Position numbers and translations under genes: made by a program. Under the pieces are notes generated by a model. The model worked only from the letters and a program-made list of their open reading frames with translations, was not told where the DNA came from and searched no databases. A stretch of 64,000 nt of DNA from Bacteroidota bacterium (GTDB taxonomy: Bacteria > Bacteroidota > Bacteroidia > Flavobacteriales > JADGDT01): contig JBDLJM010000001.1 in the NCBI GenBank assembly GCA_039714315.1, forward strand, positions 12,253-76,252. Reading direction: 5' to 3'. How positions within the stretch are numbered: the stretch's first letter is position 1; every line of letters starts with the position of its first letter. Positions 48,904 to 59,719 of this stretch are shown piece after piece.

Positions 48904-49896
48904 ATGGCAATTTTGAATTTCCAAAAGCCTGACAAGGTAATTTTGATTGAATCAAGTGAATTTGAAGGTCGATTTGAATTTCGCCCTTTAGAACCAGGTT
49001 TCGGTCTTACAGTAGGTAATGCACTAAGAAGAGTTCTTCTTTCTTCTCTTGAAGGATATGCTATTGCATCTGTGAAAATTGAAGGGGTAGAACATGAATT
49101 TTCTACAATCAAGGGAATTGTTGAAGATGTAACAGAAATCATCCTCAACCTAAAACAAATTCGTTTTAAACAACAAATAGAAGATGTAGATTCTGAAAAT
49201 GTTTCTATTTCTATCTCAGGTCAGGATAAGATAGTTGCCGGGGATTTCCAAAGATTTATTTCTGGTTTCCAAGTACTAAATCCAGATTTAGTTATTTGTA
49301 ACATGGATAAATCAGTGAAGTTCGATATGGAGCTGACTATCGAAAAAGGACGTGGATTTGTCCCTGCTGAGGAGAATAAAAGATCTTCTGCGGCAATAGG
49401 AACAATATTTGTTGATTCGATATTCACACCTATTCGTAACGTTAAATACGGAATCGAAAACTATCGTGTAGAGCAAAAAACCGATTACGAAAAATTGGTT
49501 CTTGACATTAAAACCGATGGTTCTATCTTACCTAAAGATGCTTTGACAGAAGCAGCTAAGATTTTGATTCACCATTTCATGTTATTTTCTGATGAAAGAA
49601 TTACATTGGAAGCTGAGGAAATTGCGAAGACAGAAAATTACGATGAAGAATCGTTACACATGCGTCAACTTCTAAAAACGAAGTTGATTGATATGGATCT
49701 TTCTGTAAGAGCATTAAATTGTTTAAAAGCTGCTGAAGTTGATACTTTAGGAGAATTGGTTGCTTATAATAAATCTGATTTGATGAAATTCAGAAACTTT
49801 GGTAAAAAATCATTAACTGAACTTGAAGAGTTAGTTAATGTCAAAGGATTGAATTTCGGAATGGACTTAGCTAAGTATAAGTTAGAGAAAGAATAG
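48904..49896 (+). CDS. rpoA: DNA-directed RNA polymerase subunit alpha
   Basis: 330 aa. [11 protein letters not shown] motif and C-terminal domain ([12 protein letters not shown]...). Confidence 0.98.
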   Translation: MAILNFQKPDKVILIESSEFEGRFEFRPLEPGFGLTVGNALRRVLLSSLEGYAIASVKIEGVEHEFSTIKGIVEDVTEIILNLKQIRFKQQIEDVDSENVSISISGQDKIVAGDFQRFISGFQVLNPDLVICNMDKSVKFDMELTIEKGRGFVPAEENKRSSAAIGTIFVDSIFTPIRNVKYGIENYRVEQKTDYEKLVLDIKTDGSILPKDALTEAAKILIHHFMLFSDERITLEAEEIAKTENYDEESLHMRQLLKTKLIDMDLSVRALNCLKAAEVDTLGELVAYNKSDLMKFRNFGKKSLTELEELVNVKGLNFGMDLAKYKLEKE

Positions 49897-49925
49897 TCGA
49901 GCAATCGACAAATATCATTTGATAG

Positions 49926-50399
49926 ATGAGACACGGAAAGAAATTTAATCATTTAGGTAGAAAAACCGGACATAGAAAAGCTATGTTGTCAAACATGGCA
50001 TGTTCACTGGTTGAGCACAAAAGAATTACTACCACTGTTGCAAAGGCAAGAGAGCTTAGAAAGTACGTTGAGCCTTTAATCACTAAATCAAAAGAAGATA
50101 CTACTCACTCAAGACGTGTAGTGTTCTCATATTTGAAAAATAAATATGCAGTTGCTGAGTTATTTCGCGAGGTAGCAGCAAAAGTAGGTGATAGACCGGG
50201 TGGATATACGCGTATTATCAAGCTTGGAAATCGTCAGGGAGATAACGCTGAAATGGCGATGATCGAACTAGTTGATTTCAATGAGTTGTACAACGCAAAA
50301 CAACCAGCTAAAAAAGCTAAATCTACAAGACGTGGTCGTAAAAAAGCTGAGAAAAGCGAAGAGCCGACTACAGAAGTAGAAAATAATGAAGAGAACTAG
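49926..50399 (+). CDS. rplQ: 50S ribosomal protein L17
   Basis: 157 aa, [13 protein letters not shown]-terminus, charged C-terminal tail. Confidence 0.97.
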   Translation: MRHGKKFNHLGRKTGHRKAMLSNMACSLVEHKRITTTVAKARELRKYVEPLITKSKEDTTHSRRVVFSYLKNKYAVAELFREVAAKVGDRPGGYTRIIKLGNRQGDNAEMAMIELVDFNELYNAKQPAKKAKSTRRGRKKAEKSEEPTTEVENNEEN

Positions 50400-50420
50400 T
50401 GAAAATCTAGAGATATAATT

Positions 50421-50458
50421 AAAAAAGGATACCCTTATGTAAGGTTATCCTTTTTTTT
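50421..50458 (+). terminator. Rho-independent terminator after rplQ
   Basis: aaggatacc pairs with ggttatcctt (one mismatch), flanked by an A-run and followed by a T8 run. Confidence 0.7.
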
Positions 50459-50497
50459 GTGATTATATTTGCCAAACTTATTTTCAAAAGGAAAGAA

Positions 50498-51607
50498 ATG
50501 AAGCTTAAGGATCGAAAAAAAGCAATCTTACTGTTAGAGGATGGTACTGTTTTTTACGGTAAATCTATTGGAATTGAAGGAACTGCAACCGGAGAAATCT
50601 GTTTTAATACAGGTATGACAGGTTATCAGGAAATCTTTACAGACCCTTCATATTTCGGTCAACTTATGGTTGCAACAAATGCTCATATAGGAAACTATGG
50701 AGTAAATAAAGAAGAAGTAGAGTCCGGTGACATGAAAATTGCCGGTTTAATATGCAAGAATTTTAGTGATGATTATTCTCGCCCGGCAGCAGATGGTTCA
50801 ATAACGAATTATTTTGAAGAAGAAAATAAGGTAGCTATATCGGATGTAGATACCCGTGCATTAGTTCGTCATATTAGAGATAAGGGTGCTATGAATGCGA
50901 TCATCTCAACTGATTGCGATAATATCACCGAATTAAAATCTAAATTGGAGTCGGTTCCTAGTATGGACGGTTTGGAATTAGCATCTAAAGTTTCTACTAA
51001 AGAACCTTATTTCTTTGGAGAAGAGGATGCTGCTTACAAAGTTGCTGTACTTGACTTAGGAGTAAAGAAAAATATTTTAAGAAACCTTGCATCACGCGAT
51101 TGTTACTTGAAAGTTTTCCCTTATGATACTCCTTTGGAGGAAATGAAGAAGTGGAATCCCGATGGATATTTCCTTTCAAACGGACCCGGTGATCCGGAGC
51201 CACTGGCTAAAAGCCGTCAGGTAGCAACCGATGTATTGGATAATGATTATCCGTTATTCGGAATTTGTTTAGGTCACCAAATTATTTCTTTGGCCAATGG
51301 CGTTAGTACATATAAGATGCATAATGGCCACAGAGGAATTAATCATCCGGTGAAAAACTTAGCTACGGGAAAAGGAGAAATTACTTCTCAAAATCACGGT
51401 TTTGTTATTAAAAGAGAGGATGTAGATAAGAACGATAATATCGAGATTACTCACTTGCATTTGAATGACGATACCGTAGCAGGAATACGAATCAAGGATA
51501 AAAACTGTTTCTCAGTTCAATATCACCCGGAGGCAGCTCCTGGACCAAATGATTCTACTTACCTGTTTGATCAATTTGTGGAAAATATACGTAAACATAA
51601 AAATTAG
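50498..51607 (+). CDS. carA: Carbamoyl-phosphate synthase small (glutamine amidotransferase) subunit
   Basis: [25 protein letters not shown].... Catalytic GICLGHQ and HP.E motifs. ATG 50498 is preferred over the track start 50459. Confidence 0.95.
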   Translation: MKLKDRKKAILLLEDGTVFYGKSIGIEGTATGEICFNTGMTGYQEIFTDPSYFGQLMVATNAHIGNYGVNKEEVESGDMKIAGLICKNFSDDYSRPAADGSITNYFEEENKVAISDVDTRALVRHIRDKGAMNAIISTDCDNITELKSKLESVPSMDGLELASKVSTKEPYFFGEEDAAYKVAVLDLGVKKNILRNLASRDCYLKVFPYDTPLEEMKKWNPDGYFLSNGPGDPEPLAKSRQVATDVLDNDYPLFGICLGHQIISLANGVSTYKMHNGHRGINHPVKNLATGKGEITSQNHGFVIKREDVDKNDNIEITHLHLNDDTVAGIRIKDKNCFSVQYHPEAAPGPNDSTYLFDQFVENIRKHKN

Positions 51608-51611
51608 AAAA

Positions 51612-52904
51612 ATGAGTATTATTTCAAGTATTCATGCGAGACAAATCCTTGATTCCAGAGGGAATCCTACAATCGAAGTAGATGTAGTTACTGAGAATGG
51701 AGTATTAGGACGCGCTGCTGTACCATCTGGTGCATCAACAGGAGAGTCTGAAGCTGTTGAGCTTCGCGATGGTGGTGATTTATACATGGGAAAAGGCGTA
51801 ATGAATGCCGTTAAGAATGTAAATGAAATCATTGCAGAGGAATTAGTTGGATTCTCAATATTCGAGCAAAATTTGATCGATAAGATCATGATCGAAATTG
51901 ATGGAACTCACAATAAAGCTAAATTAGGGGCAAATGCTATTTTAGGTGTTTCTTTAGCAGTTGCTAAAGCTGCTGCAAATGAGCTTGGTTTGCCATTGTT
52001 CCGTTATGTTGGAGGGGTTAGTGCAAACACACTTCCCGTTCCAATGATGAACATAATCAACGGTGGATCTCACTCTGATGCTCCTATTGCATTTCAGGAG
52101 TTTATGATTATGCCGGTTGTTGCTGATTCTTTCTCTACGGCTATACGTATGGGAACTGAAATTTTCCATAACCTTAAGAAGCTACTTCACAATCGTGGTT
52201 TAAGTACTGCAGTTGGTGATGAAGGTGGATTTGCTCCAAATCTTGATGGGACTGAAGATGCTATTGAAAGTATTATGAAAGCTATCGAAATGGCTGGTTA
52301 TAAGCCTGGAGAAGAAGTTAAGATAGCAATGGATGCTGCTGCTTCAGAATTCTTTAAAGATGGAGTATATGATTATGCATTGTTCGAAGGAGATAAAGGA
52401 GTTAAGCGTACTTCAAAAGAGCAGGCTGAATACCTTGATCAATTAGTAGATAAATATCCTATCATTTCTATCGAAGATGGTATGGATGAGAAAGATTGGG
52501 ATGGTTGGAAAATGCATACTGAACTTTCTGGTAAGAAAACTCAAATTGTTGGTGATGATTTATTCGTAACTAATGTTGAGCTTCTTGAAAAAGGAATTAA
52601 TGCAGATACTGCAAATTCTATTTTGATTAAAGTTAACCAGATAGGTACTTTAACTGAAACTATCGCTGCTGTTGAGATGGCTCACCGTGCAGGTTATACT
52701 TCAGTGATGAGTCACCGTTCAGGAGAAACTGAAGATAATACAATTGCTGATTTAGCTGTAGCATTAAATTGTGGTCAGATTAAGACAGGATCTGCTTCAA
52801 GATCTGATCGTATGGCTAAATACAATCAATTAATTAGAATTGAGGAAATGTTAGGCGAAACTGCTTATTTCCCCGGATTAAAAGCATTCAAAGCTAAAAA
52901 CTAG
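51612..52904 (+). CDS. eno: Enolase (phosphopyruvate hydratase)
   Basis: [25 protein letters not shown]... and SHRSGETED motif. ATG 51612 is preferred over the track start 51549, which overlaps carA. Confidence 0.98.
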   Translation: MSIISSIHARQILDSRGNPTIEVDVVTENGVLGRAAVPSGASTGESEAVELRDGGDLYMGKGVMNAVKNVNEIIAEELVGFSIFEQNLIDKIMIEIDGTHNKAKLGANAILGVSLAVAKAAANELGLPLFRYVGGVSANTLPVPMMNIINGGSHSDAPIAFQEFMIMPVVADSFSTAIRMGTEIFHNLKKLLHNRGLSTAVGDEGGFAPNLDGTEDAIESIMKAIEMAGYKPGEEVKIAMDAAASEFFKDGVYDYALFEGDKGVKRTSKEQAEYLDQLVDKYPIISIEDGMDEKDWDGWKMHTELSGKKTQIVGDDLFVTNVELLEKGINADTANSILIKVNQIGTLTETIAAVEMAHRAGYTSVMSHRSGETEDNTIADLAVALNCGQIKTGSASRSDRMAKYNQLIRIEEMLGETAYFPGLKAFKAKN

Positions 52905-52929
52905 TTATTGAATAAATATATTTAAAAAA

Positions 52930-52955
52930 CCATCTCATTTTGAGATGGTTTTTTT
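52930..52955 (+). terminator. Rho-independent terminator after eno
   Basis: ccatctca (52930-52937) pairs with tgagatgg (52941-52948), followed by a T7 run. Confidence 0.85.
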
Positions 52956-53074
52956 ACGTGTATATTTTTTATATCAACCTGTATTCAAATATAAGGTTAG
53001 GTGGTTAGATAGGTTAGGTGTACTTATTAGTTTTGGTGAAAATCTGCAATAACAAAGGTCATTATTGAGTATTT

Positions 53075-54481
53075 TCACAAAAATTTTCTTTGAAACTTAT
53101 GTGCAAATATCATATCCTGTACTATTTCACTATTAAATATTATAGGATAGTTAAGTTTTAGTATATCCTTTTTATTGAAGTCGAGTTTTAATGCTTCACG
53201 TAATAAATCAATAGCCTCTAAATCTTTGTCCTTTTTGAATAAACAGCCGGTTAACCTATATAGTATTTCTGCATTTTTTGGGAAGTAAGCCAAAGACTTT
53301 AGTAATAACTCAATGGCATCATCTTCATAGCCTAATGTTTTTAATAATATGGCATATTCTATCCATATTTCAGAATCTTCTACTTCTAAGGATATCAGGT
53401 TTTCATAGATGTTTTCTGCAGCTTCATAATTAGAAAGTTTTAGAAATAATCTGGCCAGTAAACTATTAAAATCTTTATTGTCGAACTCTATTTCTACAGC
53501 TTTTTCTGCGAATTCCAACGCTTGTTCCGGCTGTGAGTTATTATTGTAAGTTACAGCTATTTTATGCCATGCTTTTCCGTACATAGGATCTTCATGAATG
53601 GCTTTAAAATAGTTTGTCAATGCATTTTCACTATCACCAATCTTAGCATAAGCATCCCCCAGTCTGTAGTAGGCCCATGCTGTAGGATCAGCTATTTTAA
53701 GCGACATTTTATAGATGTCTATTGCCTCGTGGTGTCTGTCAGTCGCTTCCAAACAGGTTGCTTTTTCGAAAAATGCACCTAAAAAGGCATCATCAACTAA
53801 AGTAGCATAATCAAAAGCCCAAATAGCATTTTCGTACTTTTCAAGGGCTTTATATTGTATTCCTAACTGGTGCCATGCAATTTGACTGTAAGGATTTTTG
53901 TCGATATACTTATTCAGAAACTGTATAGCCTTATCGGGCTGATTCAATAATTCATAACAATATGTACTGTTGTATAGAGCAGCCTCATCATAAACGTCCT
54001 CGTCTAATATTTTTAGAAAAAATTGTAGGGCTTTGTTAAGTTGGTCAATTTGGATTAATTCTACACCAATCTTAGAAAGTAATTCTAATTTTTCGTCTGT
54101 GTAAACAAGAGCTTTTTGTAGATGTAATATTCCTTCAACAGGATTTTCCTGATGTATTAATATGTCTCCTTTTAACTCGTTAGCCTCAGAGTTATTTGTG
54201 TCTATTTCCAGTATATAGTCAATCTCTTTTTCTGCTTCTTCAAAGTTATTGGTTTCAAATAGCCAGTCTGCTTTTCTAATACTGATAGAGGTAGAGTTAG
54301 GATGCTGGATTAGAGCATTGTTAATTGCTTTTTCAGCCTTTTGAGTCTCGTTTTGGTCTAAGAAAAAATCAATGATTTCGATAAATTCATGAGTGTCGAA
54401 ATACTTTAAATTACCGGAAGAAAAGCTAGACTCAAATTCATCTGCTAAACTCTTTCTTTCATCGTCCATATTATATCCCAT
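53075..54481 (-). CDS. Tetratricopeptide-repeat protein (cytoplasmic, function unknown)
   Basis: 468 aa. Many 34-aa TPR units (e.g. AWHQLGIQYKALEKYENAIWAFDYATLVDD, AYYRLGDAYAKIGDSENALTNYFKAIHEDP). Confidence 0.8.
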   Translation of the reverse strand: MGYNMDDERKSLADEFESSFSSGNLKYFDTHEFIEIIDFFLDQNETQKAEKAINNALIQHPNSTSISIRKADWLFETNNFEEAEKEIDYILEIDTNNSEANELKGDILIHQENPVEGILHLQKALVYTDEKLELLSKIGVELIQIDQLNKALQFFLKILDEDVYDEAALYNSTYCYELLNQPDKAIQFLNKYIDKNPYSQIAWHQLGIQYKALEKYENAIWAFDYATLVDDAFLGAFFEKATCLEATDRHHEAIDIYKMSLKIADPTAWAYYRLGDAYAKIGDSENALTNYFKAIHEDPMYGKAWHKIAVTYNNNSQPEQALEFAEKAVEIEFDNKDFNSLLARLFLKLSNYEAAENIYENLISLEVEDSEIWIEYAILLKTLGYEDDAIELLLKSLAYFPKNAEILYRLTGCLFKKDKDLEAIDLLREALKLDFNKKDILKLNYPIIFNSEIVQDMIFAHKFQRKFL

Positions 54482-54660
54482 ATTCTCTAAATTCTAAATT
54501 TTTCTCAATTATAAAAATAGGACAAACTAACACTTGTACTAAATTTGTCGCAATTTATTATCAACATAGTAATTAACAAATTCTATATGATAAAAGTGAG
54601 TTTTTTATTATTAGCAAAAGGTTATCTTTGCTCTCTTAACATTATTTGAAAAGATATAAT

Positions 54661-56055
54661 ATGGCACTTATAAAATCTATTTCTGGAATAAGGGGAACAA
54701 TAGGAGGAGAAGTTGGAGAAAACCTTACACCCGTTGATGTCGTTAAATTTGCGGCTTCGTATGCAACATGGTTAAAACGAAATTCCGATAAAACGGAATT
54801 GCGTGTAGCTGTAGGTAGGGATGCCAGAATTTCGGGCGAAATTGTTCAGAATCTGGTTGTATCTACTTTACAAAGTGTCGGGTTAGATGTTCTTGATCTG
54901 GGGTTATCAACAACGCCGACAGTTGAAATGGCAGTTATTTTAGAAAAGACTGATGGAGGAATTATCCTTACGGCATCTCATAATCCTAAAGAATGGAATG
55001 CTCTAAAATTACTCAATGAAAAAGGTGAGTTTTTAAGTGGTAGTGATGGTCAGAAAATTCTTGAAATTGCCGAAAATGACGATTTCGATTTTGTTTCAGT
55101 CGACAATTTAGGTTCAATTGAAAAAGATGATTCATATATCCAAAAACATATAGATGAAATTCTAAAGTTAGGATTAGTGAATAAAAAGGCTATTGAGAAA
55201 GCTAATTTTAAAGTAGTAGTTGATGGAGTAAATTCTACCGGAGGAATTTCAATACCACAAACATTAAGAGCTTTGGGGGTTAAAGATGTTGTTGAATTAT
55301 ATTGTACGCCTAATGGGCATTTCCCTCATAACCCTGAGCCTTTAAAAGAAAATCTGACTGAAATTTCGGAACTGGTAATAAAAGAAAAGGCTGATATAGG
55401 AATAGTAGTTGATCCTGATGTTGACCGTTTAGCTGTTGTTTCTGAAGATGGATCTATGTTTGGTGAAGAATACACTTTAGTAGCAGTAGCAGATTATATA
55501 CTTTCTAAGACAAATGGAAATACTGTTTCAAATTTATCATCATCAAGAGCATTGAGAGATGTGACTAAAAATCATGGTTCTTTGCATAATGCTTCGGCTG
55601 TAGGCGAAGTAAATGTAGTGGAACTAATGAAAAGTACTGATGCGGTAATTGGAGGAGAAGGTAATGGTGGTATTATTTATCCTGAATTACACTACGGAAG
55701 AGATTCTTTAGTAGGAGTAGCACTTTTTCTTTCTCATTTAGCAGAGAAAAATATTTCCTGTACTGAATTGAAGTCTGAATATCCCGAATATTTTATGAGT
55801 AAAAATAAAATACAGCTTACACCCGAAATAGATGTGGATAATATCTTAATGAAGATTGAAGGTAAATATAAGTCGGAGGAAGTAAGTACTGTTGATGGGG
55901 TGAAGATTGATTTTGATAATCAGTGGGTGCACATGCGTAAATCAAATACAGAACCAATTATTAGAATATATACTGAAGCAAAATCTCAGGAAAAAGCAGA
56001 TAAATTAGCTGAACGTTTTTTAGGAGAACTTGCTACCATAGCAGGAATTCTCTAA
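54661..56055 (+). CDS. glmM: Phosphoglucosamine mutase (alpha-D-phosphohexomutase family)
   Basis: MALIKSISGIRGTIG..., active-site TASHNP, DPDVDR metal loop. ATG 54661 is preferred over the TTG at 54646. Confidence 0.88.
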   Translation: MALIKSISGIRGTIGGEVGENLTPVDVVKFAASYATWLKRNSDKTELRVAVGRDARISGEIVQNLVVSTLQSVGLDVLDLGLSTTPTVEMAVILEKTDGGIILTASHNPKEWNALKLLNEKGEFLSGSDGQKILEIAENDDFDFVSVDNLGSIEKDDSYIQKHIDEILKLGLVNKKAIEKANFKVVVDGVNSTGGISIPQTLRALGVKDVVELYCTPNGHFPHNPEPLKENLTEISELVIKEKADIGIVVDPDVDRLAVVSEDGSMFGEEYTLVAVADYILSKTNGNTVSNLSSSRALRDVTKNHGSLHNASAVGEVNVVELMKSTDAVIGGEGNGGIIYPELHYGRDSLVGVALFLSHLAEKNISCTELKSEYPEYFMSKNKIQLTPEIDVDNILMKIEGKYKSEEVSTVDGVKIDFDNQWVHMRKSNTEPIIRIYTEAKSQEKADKLAERFLGELATIAGIL

Positions 56056-56098
56056 TTATATATTTCACAATACTTTACAATTTTACAAAAATTATTAA

Positions 56099-57604
56099 AT
56101 GAACGACAATAATACTAAGCTGGAGCATTATTTTGGGGAGTTTCGAGAAAAGATAATCGGAATTGATCAAAAATTTAAATCTCCGTTCGGAGAAAAGGAA
56201 ATAATTTATGCCGACTGGACTGCAAGCGGAAGGCTGTATTCGGATATTGAAGATAAAATTAAAGATACTTTTGGGCCTTTTGTTGGTAATACCCATACAG
56301 AAACAAGTATCACCGGTACATCTATGACGATTGCTTATCACAAAGCAAGGGATATTATAAAAAAGCATATAAATGCTGATGAGAATGATATTCTGATCTC
56401 TACCGGAAATGGTATGACCGGTGTTATCAATAAATTCCAAAGGATTTTAGGTTTGAAGGTAGCAGAAAATTTATCTAAATATACTGATATACCTGAAGAT
56501 TTAAGGCCGGTGGTTTTTATTACTCATATGGAACATCATTCTAATCAAACTTCATGGTTAGAAACGATTGCAAGGGTAGAAGTAATAAAAGCAACTGATG
56601 ATGGACTGGTTGATTTAGAGGACTTAAAAGTACTGGTAGAAAAGCATAAGGATAAACCATTAAAAATTGCATCTGTTTCGGCATGTTCCAATGTAACGGG
56701 GATTCAACCCCCTGTTCATGAAATAGCCAGAATAATGCATCAAAATGGCGGACTTTGTTTTGCTGACTATGCGTGTTCTGCCCCTTATGTTTCTATAGAT
56801 ATGCATCCCGATGAGGAGTCACACCTGGATGCGGTTATGATTTCTCCGCATAAATTTCTGGGAGGTCCCGGAACTTCGGGAATATTGGTTTTCAATAAAA
56901 ATTTATACAAAAATGCTGTGCCTGATGTACCCGGAGGTGGAACTGTAAGTTGGACTAATCCCTGGGGAGAGCACAAGTATCACGATAATATCGAGGATAG
57001 AGAAGATGGCGGAACTCCGGGTTTTTTACAAACAATAAGAACTGCTCTGTCGGTTAAGCTAAAAGAGCAGATGGGAGTTGATAATATTTTAAAACGTGAA
57101 CACGAGATTTTGGATATTATCTATAAAGAATTTGAAACTATTCCGGGAATGGTATTGTTGGCTGGTCAGCACAAAGACAGACTAGGGGTATTATCGTTCT
57201 ACATCGAAGATATGCATTATAATTTTGGTGTGAAGGTTTTAAATGACAAGTTTGGTATTCAGGTTCGCGGAGGATGTTCGTGCGCAGGTACTTATGGACA
57301 TTACCTCCTTAATGTTACAAAGGAAAAATCAAATTCAATTACCTGTGAAATTGATAGTGGAGACCTAACACATAAGCCGGGTTGGATTAGAATGTCGATT
57401 CATCCAACAATGACTAATGACGAAGTGAAATATATCTGTGACTCTATCAGAGATGTTGCGGAAAATCATTCTGAGTTAATCAAAGATTATGAGTTCGATC
57501 CCCATACTAATGAATTTGATTTCAAAGGTTACAAAAGATATGAGAATGAAATGGTAGATGAATGGTTTGAGCCGGCAAAAAAGGTGAGAGACATTGTATT
57601 ATAA
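56099..57604 (+). CDS. Class V aminotransferase-fold PLP-dependent enzyme (cysteine desulfurase/selenocysteine lyase-like)
   Basis: 501 aa. ...HHSNQTSW..., and the SPHKFLGGPGTSG segment carries the putative PLP-binding Lys. Confidence 0.75.
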   Translation: MNDNNTKLEHYFGEFREKIIGIDQKFKSPFGEKEIIYADWTASGRLYSDIEDKIKDTFGPFVGNTHTETSITGTSMTIAYHKARDIIKKHINADENDILISTGNGMTGVINKFQRILGLKVAENLSKYTDIPEDLRPVVFITHMEHHSNQTSWLETIARVEVIKATDDGLVDLEDLKVLVEKHKDKPLKIASVSACSNVTGIQPPVHEIARIMHQNGGLCFADYACSAPYVSIDMHPDEESHLDAVMISPHKFLGGPGTSGILVFNKNLYKNAVPDVPGGGTVSWTNPWGEHKYHDNIEDREDGGTPGFLQTIRTALSVKLKEQMGVDNILKREHEILDIIYKEFETIPGMVLLAGQHKDRLGVLSFYIEDMHYNFGVKVLNDKFGIQVRGGCSCAGTYGHYLLNVTKEKSNSITCEIDSGDLTHKPGWIRMSIHPTMTNDEVKYICDSIRDVAENHSELIKDYEFDPHTNEFDFKGYKRYENEMVDEWFEPAKKVRDIVL

Positions 57605-57634
57605 GATCATATATAAAATAACAATAGCGTAGAA

Positions 57635-57669
57635 CAAAAAAACTCCCAAGTAAAATTGGGAGTTTTTTG
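57635..57669. terminator. Bidirectional terminator between convergent genes
   Basis: actcccaa (57642-57649) pairs with ttgggagt (57656-57663), with an A-run upstream and a T-run downstream. Confidence 0.8.
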
Positions 57670-57687
57670 TTTATTATTGGAAGTAAT

Positions 57688-58554
57688 TTAATTAAAAACT
57701 ATTTCCTTTTTCAAACCATAAAAATCTAAGGTAGCTTTATTATCACATTCACTATTTTCGAATGAGTAATCAAGTGCGAATTTAATTCCCTTGATGGTAA
57801 AGTTGCTAATACCTGAATTCGGGTATTTACATGATGTGGCCTTACTTAAAGGAGTATCAGCCGAAATTGACATTGTGTACTCTAGTTCTTCGGTAGTTTT
57901 TCCACCTATAACCCCGTAAAGCTCCCATACATCATCAGTAATATCCATTTTAGTATCAGAACCTTCGGCCCAATTCATATATGTGTCAGAATTTCTTTCT
58001 GCAATTTTTCCTTCCGGTGATGTAACTTTACCATTGATTATTGTTAGATGGTATAAATTACCTCCTTCATAAGTAAATGCTGTTTCACCTTCAATTTTAT
58101 AGTCATTGAAATAATAATCTTTAAACTCTATGGTTATTGTAGAGCTTGGTTCAGACCAATAATTACTTAATCGGGCAATCATCATCCCTCTTCTGTTAAA
58201 TCCATCATCGCCTTTCTTGTTTGTGGCTCCCCAATCAATTTTAATTGTGGCCGGAAGGTTAGGCTGACCATCTTCAGTTAAAATTGACATTTCTCCACCA
58301 AGAATATCCTCTATAGCGGTGTTATTCATTTTTGCCATTTTTTTAAGTTCTTCATCTGCAAAAGCACCGGCCCTTATAGCAGTATTGAATACATCAATAT
58401 ATGATAAATTCAACATAGCTTCAGTTAGCATCACTGATTTTGCTTCTTCAAGACTTACATCATAGCTTTCTAACGGATCCTTGTCGCAAGATGAGTTTAG
58501 GAGAGGAAATGTCGCTATTAAGGCAACAACAATAATTTTGGTTATATTTTTCAT
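57688..58554 (-). CDS. Lipoprotein of unknown function
   Basis: 288 aa, lipobox PLLNSSCD. No family recognised. Confidence 0.6.
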   Translation of the reverse strand: MKNITKIIVVALIATFPLLNSSCDKDPLESYDVSLEEAKSVMLTEAMLNLSYIDVFNTAIRAGAFADEELKKMAKMNNTAIEDILGGEMSILTEDGQPNLPATIKIDWGATNKKGDDGFNRRGMMIARLSNYWSEPSSTITIEFKDYYFNDYKIEGETAFTYEGGNLYHLTIINGKVTSPEGKIAERNSDTYMNWAEGSDTKMDITDDVWELYGVIGGKTTEELEYTMSISADTPLSKATSCKYPNSGISNFTIKGIKFALDYSFENSECDNKATLDFYGLKKEIVFN

Positions 58555-58794
58555 AATAGGTTGTTTTACAGTTTATAACAGGAAAACTGTTTTATAGAGT
58601 TTTTTTTTAGCATAAATGTAATTGAGATAATTTTTTAGCTACAGTTTTCAAAATAAAAATAATGATGCATCGTATAACTTTGAAATTAATTCTGTGCAAT
58701 TATCCTGACGAATATATAGTATTTTACTTATTATTGCTGTAGTAATGCTCTATATTGTACCATCTTTTATTTTAAATAAATATGAATTTATGAA

Positions 58795-58880
58795 ATCCCC
58801 ATCTCGGCTTAGCCGAGACCAAGCGTGATGAATATAAATGGGGATACCACCTGCCTGCATGATGCAGTCAGGCAGGTATG
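58795..58880. ncRNA. Candidate structured RNA / cis-regulatory element (class not recognised, strand unresolved)
   Basis: GC-rich island in an AT-rich spacer. atcccca (58795-58801) pairs with tggggat (58839-58845) and encloses the hairpin tctcggc-tta-gccgaga (58802-58818). A second hairpin, cctgcctgca...tgcagtcaggcagg, lies at 58850-58876. Confidence 0.35.
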
Positions 58881-58904
58881 ACCAAAACATAAAATTATAT
58901 ACAT

Positions 58905-59666
58905 ATGAAAATATTAATATCGCCTGCAAAAAGTTTGAATTTTGAAAAATTTCCGAATGATTATGCAAAAACAGACATAAAGTTTAAAGACGAAGCCTGG
59001 CAAATTGCTAAAGTTCTAAAGGATTTATCGCCAAAGGAGCTTTCTGAACTGATGAATATTTCTGATAAATTATCCGAATTAAACTGGGGTAGAAATCAGG
59101 AGTATATTAAAGATTTTGTTGAGGAAAATACAAAACAGGCACTATTTGCTTTTGATGGGGATGTATATTCCGGAATTGATGCAAAATCACTTAATAGTAG
59201 TCAAATAAGTTATTTGCAAAATAATTTAAGAATATTGTCCGGTCAATACGGAATTCTCAGGCCTTTGGACATGATTATGCCTTATAGACTGGAAATGGGA
59301 ACAAAACTTTCGGTAAGCGGAAGTAAAAATTTATATGATTTTTGGGGTAGTACAATAACTGAAGAATTGAATTCTGAGTTAAAGAAGGATGATGTTATAA
59401 TCAACCTTGCGAGTAACGAATATTTTAAATCGGTGGATAAAAAAATGCTGAAAGCAGAGATAGTTACCCCGGTATTCAAAGATTATAAAAATGGAAAGTT
59501 AAAAACAATATCATTTTTTGCTAAAAAGGCCAGGGGTATGATGGTGAGGTACCTGGCTGAAAGAGAAATTGATAAGAATCTAGAGAATATAAAAGCATTT
59601 GATTATGGAGGCTATAGGTACGATTCTGTAATTTCTGATGAAAAAACTTTTATCTTTACTAGATAA
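58905..59666 (+). CDS. yaaA: Peroxide stress protein YaaA (DUF328/UPF0246)
   Basis: 253 aa. MKILISPAKSLNFE N-terminus and RILSGQYGILRPLD motif. Confidence 0.9.
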   Translation: MKILISPAKSLNFEKFPNDYAKTDIKFKDEAWQIAKVLKDLSPKELSELMNISDKLSELNWGRNQEYIKDFVEENTKQALFAFDGDVYSGIDAKSLNSSQISYLQNNLRILSGQYGILRPLDMIMPYRLEMGTKLSVSGSKNLYDFWGSTITEELNSELKKDDVIINLASNEYFKSVDKKMLKAEIVTPVFKDYKNGKLKTISFFAKKARGMMVRYLAEREIDKNLENIKAFDYGGYRYDSVISDEKTFIFTR

Positions 59667-59719
59667 TATTGTATTTTAGCTTATTGAAATAAACTAATTC
59701 AATCCAAAATAATAATCAC

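Noticed and set aside
58750-58968. 72-aa minus-strand ORF overlapping the yaaA start and the GC-rich structured element.
   Set aside because: It has no promoter box or family resemblance and it overlaps the well-supported yaaA start. The region is better explained as a structured non-coding element.
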